The notes under the pieces: model-generated | The model's database searches: none | Told to the model about the DNA's origin: nothing | Seen by the model: the letters and a program-made list of their open reading frames with translations, nothing else | Program-made: the position numbers and the translations under genes | Assembly: GCA_964016885.1 (NCBI GenBank) | Contig: OZ024740.1 | Location: forward strand, 169,446,001-169,510,000 | Direction: 5' to 3' | DNA length: 64,000 nt | Source of the DNA: Eledone cirrhosa | Taxonomy: Eukaryota | Shown: positions 14,000 to 26,669 of the stretch, one piece after another | Numbering within the stretch: the first letter of the stretch is position 1 | Layout of the letters: each line of letters starts with the position of its first letter

Positions 14000-16900
14000 G
14001 ACTCACCTTTAGCCACAAGGTTCTATGAGAAACTGCTAACCTGCTCACATGTGTCCGCTGGGAACAACCTCCTGTTTTTTACTTTTTTTTGTACATTCAC
14101 CCATTCATTCATTTGCTAACATTCTACCTTCTTGTGTGTCCCCTTCCATGCATCCCCTTCTTTTCTCTCTTGTCTTCTGACGCATCCATATCTGATGTAG
14201 GTGAGCTATGAGACCCTCTTATCAGCACTTTCCCTTCCACCCGCACACGGTTGTGCCTAGCACCTAGGCTGGTGACAACCAGCCACTCACCCCTGATGCA
14301 GCTGGGTGCCCCAGCCCCGGCCCCACCCCCCATCCTCCATCCACACCAGTCGACATCTGCAGCACTTGCAACACCAGGAACAGATGGCAGAGGGGCCGGA
14401 ACTGTTCGGGGTGCGGCTGCTTCCACCACCTCACCTGTGTTGGCTTGACACGTCGAGCCTTCAATGCCCTCGCAGCGTGGAGATGCAGAAACTGTCTCTT
14501 CCCCTCGTCTGCCCAGCCACGGCCGTCTGGCACACTACCAGATGAGACAGCGAGTTTGCCTGACGCCCAAGCCTCGCTGGTCAACATCGCTCGGCGCAGG
14601 CCGCTCCAGAAGATCCCACTCAGGATCCCGAGAGCGGCCCGGGTGCCAGTAGCCGATGCCTTCGCTTCCTTGATTGAGAGCGCCCTGGACTCCAAACGAG
14701 CCACGACTGGGAGCGACTCTTCTATTTCGCCCTACTCGCCCTCGGCCTCCCCAGCTCTGGCGCTGACCGAGGCGGCCGGTCAACAGCAGCCTTTGTTAAG
14801 GCCAATGTTTCGTCCTTAAGGCAAGCGCCCATTCCAAGCGTACCAAAGGATCCCACACAACCCATCTCGGATGACCCCAATCCTCCACCCATGAGGCCAG
14901 CGCCAAGCGTTTGCGTGACAGCGTAAATGCCAAATTAATCATGGGTGATGTCTCGGCCGCAGTTAGAGTGGTTGCCTCAAAGGACACTGCCCTCCAACAC
15001 ACCGAGGAGGTCCTGATTGCCCTGCGACTCAAGCACTCTGAGCCACCCGCTGACCTCAGACCCATACCCCAACCCGATCCCCACTTGCTCCTTGTGGCTT
15101 CCGACGCAGACATCATGTCCGCCATCAAGTCCTTTCCATCTAGCAGCAGCGGAGGTGCTGATGGTCTCCGAGCAGGCCACCTCAAGGAGTTGTTACCTCC
15201 ACCTCTCCACTGAGGCCGGGCTCCGCCTTCTGAGTGCAATTGTGGCACTCACCAATAGGCTTATCCATGGCGCCCTGGCCCCTCACGCCCGAGGCCTCTT
15301 TTTTTTGGCTAGCCTGACCGCTCCCAGGAAGAAAGAGGGTGGCATACGCCCCATCGCTGTGGCAATGTCTTCCGGAGGCTGGCTGCCAAGGTGGTCTGAA
15401 GATCCATAACACCCAAACTGGGTGAGGAGTTCAGTCCGGTGCAACTGGGTGTGGGTGTGTCCAGTGGCAGTGAGGGGGCCGCACATGCAACCAGGCAGAT
15501 CTTCAACAGCTGCCTACCGAAACCGGCATCCAGGGACTCCAGGCACCTCATTGTCATGCTTGACATGAGGAATGCTTTTAACTGCATACGCCGGGACCAT
15601 CTGCTCGATGCCTGCCTCAGCCGAGCCCCTTCTGCCTAGCCTACCCGCTGGCCTACCTGTCGTATGGAGCCCCATGCATGCTCCTTGCTGCTGATACGGT
15701 TATACCCTCGGCCACTGGGGTCCAACAGGGCTAGCCTTTAGGCCCCCTCCTGTTTGCCCTTGGTATAGACCACATCGCCCGGAGTATCACGGCCCCTCTC
15801 AACGTTTGGTATTTGGATGATGTTACATTGAGCGGGCCCGTACCGACTGTCTGCCATGACCTACAATCGGTGGTTCCTGCCCTGGCGGCAATCGGCCTCC
15901 AGGTCAACTCGTCCAAGTCGGAGGTGGTGAATGTCAGCCACAATGTTGAGAGCTTTGCAGCCTCCGTCTCGGACGTGCGGTCCATTCTCCACCAGGTACA
16001 GGTAACCCCCAAAGAGGATGTCCTCATCCTCGGGTCACCGATCCACCCGCCAGCCATCCGCTCCACCATCAGGTCCAGGCTCCAACAACTTCAGACCCTC
16101 ACGAGCCGACTGGCCTTGATCGACCGCCACCCAGCGCTCTTTATGGAACTGCTTCGCCATGCCAAAGCTCCTCTATACCCTTCGCAGCGCTCTTGCTACA
16201 CCCACACATCTCTCCTCGCTGACCTCGATACTTGTATCCGAGAAGCAGCCGAGGAGATATGCAACGTCAGGTTTGACGACATTGGATGGCAACAGGCCAC
16301 TTTACCTGTCAGGTATGGCGGCCTAGGCCTTCGGTCCTCGATCTCACTGGCTTTGCCGGCGTTCCTTTCGTCGATAACCACATGCCGGGTCCTCGTCAGC
16401 AGGGTTCTCATAAACACAACAGAACCCTCTGTGTTCAGGAAATGTGAGGCCATCTGTGAGACGAGGGACTGGCTGGGACTTGGCCCAGTAGACGTCCGTC
16501 CTCCTTCTCCGCCTACTGACGTCAAGTCCCACCAAAGCATTTGGGAGGCCATCCAGTGCAGCCTGGCTTCAGACAGGCTCACGCGCCAGCTTGACCAACA
16601 CCGCCTTGCCTGTTTTCGTGCGGCCTCCAAACCCCACAGTGGTGCCTGGCTCCATGCCATGCCTCCACTGTCACGCAGCTAGATAACAATAGTCTGCGCA
16701 TCGGCGTTTCCTTGAAGCTCGGCCTCCGGATCTGCGAGCCACACCAATGTCGCTGTGGATCCACCGTGGACTCTTTCGGCCTCCACCCGCTTTCCTGTTG
16801 CCACAATGCCGGCCGACTTCCACGCCATGCTGCCCTCAACGAGGTTATAAAGCATGGCTTGGACACTGCAGGCTTCCCTTCCCAGCTCGAGCCGGTGGAG

Positions 16901-17398
16901 CTGGACCGAGGGGACGGCAAAAGGCCAGATGGCATGACCACCTTCCCGTTCCGCGGTAGCAAACCCCTCGTCTGGGAGCCACTTGCACCGACACTTTCTC
17001 CAGCAGCAACCTGGTGCAGTCTGCGATTAACCCAAGTTCTGCTGCACGTCGGGCTGAGGAGGCCAAACTCTTAATAACCGGTCGCTCTCCGACAGGTTTG
17101 TGGTTGTACCCTTGGCAGTGGAGACTGCTGGTGTCTTCGGCCCAAAGGTTACCTTCCTACTCACCACCATAGGCGCTGAGCTAGCCAGCCGCAGGTGTGA
17201 GTCCGGCGAGCTGGAATGGCTTTTCCAGCGCGTCTCCCTTGCCGTCCTCCGGGGAAACGCGTTCTCTATTCTGTCCGGCGGGGCTGTGGGGAGGCCACCA
17301 AAATGATTGACTGACTTGTCATTTTATCAGTCAGACATGCAACTCATAAACACTGGCCTCCATAAACACGATTTCCTGTTGACTTGTACTTCATGATT
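14000..17398 (+). mobile_element. CRE-clade non-LTR retrotransposon (RT + RLE), pseudogenised; 5' boundary approximate
   Basis: GC-rich island. Frameshifted motifs RPIAV, QLGVGVSSGSEGAAHA, LDMRNAFN, GVQQG.PLGPLLF, WYLDD, LPVRYGGLG, C.C..H.LSC, RH, RPDG, PLAVET.G. The 3' end runs into (TA)n. Confidence 0.88.
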
Positions 17399-17399
17399 T

Positions 17400-17438
<39 letters not shown>

Positions 17439-18015
17439 ATGAGTGTGTGTGTGTGTGTATACATATGTATAGAGGATGAAATCATATACTAGCAGGGAAA
17501 AGCGGACGTAAAATGATGACGATGATGACGATGATAATAGATGCACAAGTGTCTCACTATAATTATTTCAAGCCAACCATTTACGTGTTTCTGGGTTTTT
17601 ATCCGTCATCGGTACCATTTAGCCACTCAGTACTGAAACGGAAATAACCTAAAGCTTATATTGGCCTTGTGCCACAAGTAGAAACAATTGTATATCACGC
17701 TCTGTTAATGCTAATGCTAATTAATACCATAACATAGCCCATACACTATATAAATGAAGATATTCTTATATGTACCATCTGTAAAATCTCTCTTCCTTTA
17801 TGATGTTCCAATTGCTGTTTCGTCTCTAAGACTATCCTAAATATTCCAATATCGGAGAGTGGGTCTCATTAACTTTCTCATACCAAGAGAAATTTCAAAT
17901 GACCACTACCACCGATGTTTGAAAGGGACAACCATCACGTGTTATATAGTTCACAATATGGGAAGATATAAATGGACTGTTGGAAAGTAAAGAGGTTTCC
18001 TAGGAATATCATATA

Positions 18016-19122
18016 CTAGCAGTGGTACCCGGCGTTGCACGGGATAAGGTATTTTGGAACGCGGGTCGCCAACAGACCTAAAGTGGAAAAACTGCATGCC
18101 TCGACAATATGTAAACAAAATAAACCGAAAAATATGATGGCTGGATAATATTTAAGATTTTCCTCGATGAACCAGGATATATGCAGGTTTTCACCTAATG
18201 CGGGCCCTAGGGCACCAAGAAAATTAATTTTTTTTATGTGCATAATATGCCTTTAACTTTCAGGAAAATCCGCTAGACGTAACACCTAAAAAAAGCCCCA
18301 AAAAGCAGAAAACATTAAGTTTTTCTCCTAATGCTGGCCCTAGCCCATAAAAAAGTTGGATTTTCTTTGCTCATGGTATGAAGAAGAGACTGACTAATAC
18401 ATAGTTACAATTTCAAGGAAATCAGTCTGACGTAACGCCTCAAAATACCCCTAAAAACCTGAAAAAAACGCAGTTTTTCACCTAATGCGGGCCCTAGGGG
18501 ATCGAAAAGTTGAATTTTTTATCTGCATAACACTCCCTGTAACATAACGCGAGCCGCCAACAGACCTAATCGTGGGAAAACTGCATGCCTGGACAATATG
18601 TAAAGAAAATAAACCGAATACTCTGATGCAATTAGTATTAGGTATGCTTGTCCTTCTATGTGGAGAAAATCGGCTTGGTGCTTTTGTACTTTAGTAAAGT
18701 GGCATGAGTCAGCAGGACAGATGTCACCACTTATGTCAGAGGGAAGTCTGCAATGTTTGAGCAAGGCATGACGTGCAATCGGACAGCATATGGAGCCTTC
18801 TCGAATGAGTCCACCGCACCTTAGTAAGTAAATGCAACTGGATAAACGTTGACCAAACTGTGGGTATAATTTAACAAATTTAAAGAGGAATGGTGCAATA
18901 AAATGGGCCCCGAGCGAGTGAGATTATAGAGAGAGATCGCTAAATCGTCTAATGCGATCCCTAGAGCATTGAAAATTTGAATTTCTTTTTGCTCAGGACA
19001 CTCACTGAAACATAAGTATTACATGTGTAAAGTTTGAAAACAGTCGGTTGGGTGCTTCTCGTGTTTTAGGGATTCAAACTCACAGACACACAGACAGACA
19101 TCCTCAGTTTTATATATATAGA
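18016..19122 (-). mobile_element. Non-autonomous Helitron
   Basis: Minus strand a|TC start, subterminal hairpin cccgtgcaacgccggg, CTAG|t end; internal direct repeats. Confidence 0.8.
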
Positions 19123-19939
19123 TTAATGATATATTAACTATTGTTATGAGCAATTAGGTAATCTAATAGAGAATCAAAACATTCTATATACTATTACAAT
19201 AGTATAAAAGATGTAATATTCATAAAAATATACTAAGGATCAAATTTAAAACTTCAAATGTTAAAACTGAGCGAGCAGTAGGAGGATCTTCAGAGGAAGA
19301 ACTCCCATAAACCACGTGTTCTCGCCTTTCATTCCTCCCTACACTCTAATAAAGCCAGACCCACTTAGGTCAGAACACCTAGGTGTCTTCCTGTTGTTTT
19401 CTCCTCCTCCAGTTGACTTTCCGGTGATCTTCTTTCCTATTCTTGTGGTTTACAACACTCGGTCATGTAGACCATTTGTTAGAACTAATACTTCACAATT
19501 ATTTAGTTGTCTATTTGGGTCAACTTCCACAGGCTTTATTGTGCACAGATACTCCTCTATTGTCAGCTGATCGGTGAGATCTTTGTACTTCCTCATATTA
19601 TATTCGTGTTGTTCATCTAATCGGCTCTTGTAGATGTCTGTCACTTAAACATAGGTGATTCTGGTGCCTAATTCTGGACACAAGACAACATCTGGTCTTT
19701 ACCCTTTCTTACTGATGAATTCATTATAATGCTTTCGCTAGTCTCGGAGATGGGCAGTTATTGCCCATTCCTCTACTAGTCCAAGCAGGTTCTATTCGTG
19801 CATAACTTGATGTCTTGATATTTTATTGAATCCATCCCGCTTCTTCCTGTTCCATACCGTTTAAAATGTTGGGACTGAATCTCTGGTTTCGTGCAGCACC
19901 TGGTCCCAGTTTGATCGAGTCAGCTCTCTTAGCCCTCTT

Positions 19940-20410
19940 CTGTGCCTCTGTTCACGAGTGATGGAAGGCAGGAGGCTGAATCAAGTGAAAGAATTACAGG
20001 AGTCGGTGCAGTAATGCGCCAGATTCACCATTTAGTAATCAGAATGAGGGAGGAAGGTGTAAAAGCCAAACTCGCTACCTTCAATTCGGTATTCGTGTCA
20101 AGTCTTACCTATGGTCGTGAATCTTGGGTAATGACCGAAAGAATAGGATCGGGAATAATAGCGACCGAAATGGCGTTCCTCAGAAGGGCTTTGGAGTTAC
20201 GTTACTTGATAGAATGCGTCGCTCCGAGATGAGAGAGTCACTCCAGGTAGAGCCGCTGCTTCTCCGAGTTTAGAGATTACAGGTCCGATTCTACGGGCAT
20301 GTGGTTAGAATGTCTCAAGAAAGAATAGCTGGATCTATTTTACAGGCAAAACCAACCGGTAGGAGGCCCAGGAGTAGAAGCCGAGCAGATGGTTGGATAA
20401 CATCCATGAG
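19940..20410 (+). mobile_element. RTE LINE 3' fragment
   Basis: FTSDGRQE.E..ERI, KAKLA.FNSVFV..LTYG.ESWVMTER; same family as 9178-10290. Confidence 0.8.
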
Positions 20411-22429
20411 ATTTGCTATATTATACAATAATTCGATTTAATAGAAGGTGGGATTATGCCAGGTATTTTTTATTTAAAACATCATAACGGCTGTTTGAGG
20501 CATTATTTTCAAATATACTAAAACTGTCATATTTTAAAATTTTTCTTTAAATTGCCTATTTTCCTTCATATGTTATGAAGGCTCAGAGGATAAAGGTTTG
20601 AGTGAAATTAAGAGTTAAAGGTGCGTTCTTGGTGTCAATTCTCGGATACTATTATATAAAAAGATCTCTCTATATTAATAATAGTGCTTGAGCAAGTTTT
20701 GTTCTATCAACAATAAGGGTTGTTCTATCATTGTGCACCCATTGTTTATATTTAATCATATCACCTTCATGAAACTCTTCAATGTCCAACTGACTATTGA
20801 GGTACTCTTGTAATGCATCTTTCCCAGGACGCCGTTCACAGTTATGCAACATGCTGTTTTATATCCATGCTTTATGAATAAGTTGATCCTGTACCAAAGG
20901 GATGACAACTGAATTTCTAAAAATTCACAATTCTGAAAAGAAACTCAGCAACAAAACCAAATTTCTATCACCTCATCTTCAGAAGTATAAGAATGTATGG
21001 TAAAACGACAGTGACCTGCACACATGGTCAACTAAGGGCTTCATATGGGCATTTTTTGAGATGGCACATATTTCAAAAACTTATTCTGACATTCCCATAA
21101 TAGTAATTAACATGATATGGCTCAGAAATGGTTTACTATATGTTAAGTAACAGGAACAACATTATGGTCGCTTTATCTAGTGTACCTATTGAGATAAAAA
21201 TACCTAAAAGAGACATACATTTGTTGTACGTTTAATTATTGGCAATTTTAAGAGGGCTATAGATTAAAAAATTTACAAAATACACTTGATTTGATAAAAT
21301 ATTTGAACTCTACAGAAACAGTTAGTCTCAAACACATGATTTCAAAGTTGTGCTTACCTTAGAGGAGAAATGGCTGTCTCAATTTGGTCCGAGAGGCTCG
21401 TTCGGAAAAAAATGCATAATTGATGATTATTTTAAAGGCCTACAATTTCAAAACTATCAAAGATATTGACCTAATACTTGATATTTTTCCATCATATAGG
21501 TACAGGAGCTAGTATAATTTTTTTCAGGGGGATCTGAAGGGGTGACCTGGCACCTGCCATTGTCATGTGTTTCCCCCATCTATCGCTATGTTTTCTTCTT
21601 TTTTTCCTTTTTTTCTTTTTTCTTTCTTTCTCTCTCTTTGCTATCGCTTCTTTGCCTCTTGGCCTTTTGATAAATAAGAGGCTGTGGGTACGCTACGTAT
21701 AGATGTATTGTCTATAATGAGCTGAAATATCTGACCCAGAGTAGACAACTGATGAAGGGAAACTGTCCATCTCTTATTTGCGTCGCCTTACTTTCTAACA
21801 CACGTTATCAGTAATATATCAGTAATATATATATATCACATCCACTGATATGGATTCTGAACACGTGCACGCGCTTAGGTCACATTAAGGTCAACTTCAG
21901 GAATCGGTGATGAGTTACAAAAAATGTGATGATCAATGAACTAGAAGTTGGCTTACCATGAGATTAGTCCGAAGAATAAAACCCAAATCACATGTTGACG
22001 AATATTCGTACTCCCGGCATGTTAATTGTAACAGTCATTCGAAGGGCTTTCTAAACGGGGATATACAGGGTGCTTGACAAGTACCGGAATATGTTCACTC
22101 GGTTATAATTTCTTCAATAATTGCAATGACTTCCTCAATTCTTCTGTGTTCCTTCTTGATCGCTAATGCAGTAAGTTTACTATTCTTATAAATATATTTG
22201 TTGAATAAGTTCGATACTCCTCGAGGTCAAACTTCCCCGGCTTATTCACTCTGAATGAAGAAAGCTGGACGGAAGAGGGACTAATGACTTAAACAGCTAT
22301 TGATAGTTCCACACAAAAAACTGATCTGCCATAAAAACACCTAGCAAAGGTTGCTATTGAAAATCCAGTATTGGCACCCAGGGTCGCTATCATTTTCAGG
22401 CACACTCAGGGAACTGTGAATATCCGCAC

Positions 22430-22690
22430 CTTTCTTGGGTCAACAATTTCAGGGGAGGGGAAAGTTGATTAAATGGATCCCAGTGCGTTACGGGTACTTC
22501 ACTCTATCGACTCCGTTAGGATGTAAGGTAAAGCTAACCTCGACTGGATTTGAACTCAGAATGTAAAGGGCCGTAATAATATATCGCAAAGGATGTTGTT
22601 CGACGCTCTACTGATAATAATTGTTTCTACTTTTTGGCACAAGGCCAACAATTATCCCAGTGTATTACTGGTATTGTATTTTATCGACCC
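22430..22690 (-). mobile_element. Older tRNA-derived SINE copy plus a second SINE 3' fragment
   Basis: ggatttgaactcag B-box and tttatcgacccc body matches. Confidence 0.7.
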
Positions 22691-22907
22691 CTGACAATGT
22701 CTTAGGTAGTTTTCACGAGATTTCGTAGTTGCAAAAATAGTCCGTTTACAATATGTGCGTGTGTGTACGTTCGGCAATCTCTGTAATATACGGAGAGATT
22801 GCCGAACTCGCAGATATATAGAAACATATATACCTACACATACACACATACAAATACATATATACATACATAATATAAACTAATACACACGCAAACAAAT
22901 ATTTATA

Positions 22908-23003
<96 letters not shown>

Positions 23004-23050
23004 TATATATATTATATATATATATATATTATATATATTATATATATAGA

Positions 23051-23083
<33 letters not shown>

Positions 23084-23336
23084 CATTATAATATAACAGG
23101 AGGCTGGACTGGTGTAAATCCTTGAAAGGTTTATTATACTATGATAATTTCAATGACCGGGTTCAGTATGAATCCGGTGACATCATCAGGTATTCAAAAT
23201 ATAACAAAGGAATATAACAGATAAAACCCATGGGGCTGAAAGTCAGAGTTGCATTACGTTGAGTGCTCTCCATAATATTACATCGAGGTTGACCATACTG
23301 AATGACCAGTTCTATCCAGTGGTTCACCAACAAACC

Positions 23337-23455
<119 letters not shown>

Positions 23456-23595
23456 ATATGGCTATATATCTATATATGATGTCCCTAAAAATGTATAAAT
23501 AATTCAACAGAATTCTAATCAAAGTGTATATATATATAAATTGTGGGACACCCTGTGTATATACATATATATATATGTGTGTGTGTGTTTGTGTG

Positions 23596-23728
<133 letters not shown>

Positions 23729-24318
23729 GGTGGCGGCCACTACTTTATATCCATGTAGGAGAACCCCTACCGTTGCGCTGAACGAGTGTGACTTTTTAGT
23801 CCAGCCAGCGACTTGAAAACTCTGGTACAAACACTACACTTGTGATAATTATTGACACATAGTGATGGGCCCATGGTACCATGCGATGACAAGTGCAGAG
23901 AGATCTCCAGATATAAAGCAATGCCTGTGCCGTGAAGCTTTTATAGTGAGCAAAGGCACTGCACAAAGCCAGTCCCACTCTCTTAACCAAGATGATATTT
24001 ACCAAAAAGAAGAACAAGTCAACATCATAGGATACCATCAGGTTTGCAGGTGTTATATCAGAGTTTTCCTTCTCCTAGAATTCTGCATTGACAAAGGCTA
24101 AGGGGTCATCAGTCCCGTTGATTTTGGATGGCCATTGACTCTTAAGAGCTCCTTTGCCCTTTGACAGGTTTTGATTTTAGCCCTGCAGGATGTCCAAAGT
24201 CACACTCCTCACCAAGAAACCTTGGTGGGGTTACCAGTTTAGTCGCCAACGACCATGAGACAGGTTGTACTGGGATACATGTTACCAGTAGCACCAACTG
24301 GTGACCTGACATAATTAT

Positions 24319-24482
<164 letters not shown>

Positions 24483-24968
24483 AAATCTACCAAAATATAC
24501 GGTAGTGTCCAATCCGTATGAAGAACTCAATGTAATCCAAATATCATGAAAAGGGAAGAAGCATTCAAAAACTTTCGATAAAAATCATAGGAAAACAGTC
24601 AAGATAAATTAATAAAACAACAAATTCCTTATATTAAAAAATTCATCATTTTACGATCGTTTCCAGGAAGTATATGTGTGTTGGTATGTATATCATATAC
24701 AGCATGTATATGTGAAGGTATGTATATTTCCTCTGATAATTTGTAATATTTTTACATAGATCTATAAGATATACATACCAACACACATATAAATCCTAGA
24801 AACGATCGTAAAATGATGAATTTTTTAATATAAGGAATTTGTTCTTTGTTTTTATTTCATTGTTTTTATTAATTTATATATATATATATCGATCGTTTCT
24901 AGGATGTATATGTGTGTTGGTATGTATATCTTATAGCTCTATGTAAAAATATTACAAATTATCAGAGG

Positions 24969-25055
<87 letters not shown>

Positions 25056-25663
25056 TATGACGGCGATGAATTTGTTTTGCAAGGTTTTAGATATGAAATC
25101 GTGTGTCGAAACAAATATTGTTATACTTGGGGAGGGTCATATTGTTGTAATAATATTGGCAGAAATAATAACAACACACTCTCTGTTTGGTTGGTTTTCG
25201 CTTCTATATCTTTTATATCTCCATAGCTAATTTATTTGGCAATCAATGTTTATCATTGATTGACCAATGGTTAAAAATACAGATATAAATATATATATAG
25301 TCTATCAAAGTTCTTTCGTTGCACATCTGTAACATCATAACATCATCAGCGGTACTATTATTATGTTCCCTCCTAATGTATTGTATTGTATTGTAATGTC
25401 TATCCCATTTTTATTTTATTTATTTATTTATTTCTTCTTGTCTCCGTCTCTGCGCATGCGTTTGTGTGTGTATAATGTTTGGTGTGTATGTTAGCGTTTG
25501 AGTGTATACATTTATTTATGTATATTTCCTTTAGGTCAGTGTTGTTTGTTTGGGTATGGTTGTTGTTATTCCACTCATTCTTTCTGTTTAACTTTGGTCT
25601 TCTAAGCTCTAACTCAGTTGCTTCTCTGAATAGCCTACCTGTTGAGTTATTTTTATGTTTAGA

Positions 25664-26663
25664 CTAGCAGCAGTACCCAGCGTTGCCTGGGCAGGTAAAA
25701 TAATATCTGCTTTGATGAAAAGGTGTTGATCTTAGCGACTGCGAGTTTCTTGAAAATCGGTCGTATGGTGTAGCAAATGGCGAAATGTTGAGTGAAATCG
25801 TATAGAATATGTTGGAGGTGGAAAAAATTATATTTTGAAGAGTTAAATGGCTGCCACGCCGTCTCTAAACAAAAAATGCAAAGTGTAAAGCTATTATAAG
25901 ATGTGCAATGATAGGTTCTATCGTAGTATAAAAGTTGAACCAAATAAATTAATTTATGGCGTGAGGTGAGCCGAAGTTTCGAATTTGAACGAAATCGGTT
26001 GAAAAATGTGGGAGCTATTGATAGGTTCTATCGTAGTATAAAAGTTGAACCAAATAAATTGATTTATGTGTGAGGTGGAGCCGAAGTTTCGAATTTGAAC
26101 GAAATCGGTTGAAAAATGTGGGAGCTAGAGCCGGAAATCCGGAAATTTGAGCGAAAAGGTGGTATTTTCGAATATTTAAGCGGCTGCCACGCCGTTCCTG
26201 AACAAAAAGTTCAAAGTATAAAGGCACTTTAAGACGTGAAATAATCAGATCTAGCATAGTGTTAAATTTGAACAAAGTAGGTTGATTAATATGGGAGTTA
26301 GAGCCACGCCGTTCATGAACAACAAATGCAAAATAGAAAGCCATTACAGGATGTGCAATGATAAATTCTATTTTGTTTTAAAATTTGAACGAAATCGGTG
26401 TCAAAATGTGGGAGCTAGAGCCAAAAATCTTATTTTTCCATACTTAAAAAAGGTGACACCCTATTGATTTTTATCTGCAGAATGACCCCGGAATTAAAAA
26501 AACGACACGCTGATCGATAGAAAACACTCCCCGATGACTAATCTATGAGCCTGTAAAATTTCATGAAAATCGGTCGTAAGATGTAGGCCCCTATAGGTAA
26601 TACACAGACACACAGACACCCCCCCCCACACACAGACACATACTTAATTTTAGATATGTACAG
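25664..26663 (-). mobile_element. Non-autonomous Helitron with an internal ~107-bp tandem duplication
   Basis: CTAG at 25664, hairpin cccagcgttgcctggg, decayed TC end near 26663; duplicated 25909-26015 / 26019-26126. Confidence 0.7.
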
Positions 26664-26669
26664 TTATTA

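Noticed and set aside
19260-19930. Short ORFs 19316-19570 and 19450-19644
   Set aside because: No recognisable domain or splice signals compatible with the host gene; probably old TE debris.
20430-21570. DNA transposon remnant (peptide MLHNCERRPG..YKQW..DRTTL)
   Set aside because: Reminiscent of transposase fragments, but I could not identify catalytic motifs, TIRs or TSD with confidence.
21735-21800. tagacaa CTGATGA aggg.. hammerhead 5' half
   Set aside because: No GAAA and NUH downstream; at best a truncated remnant.
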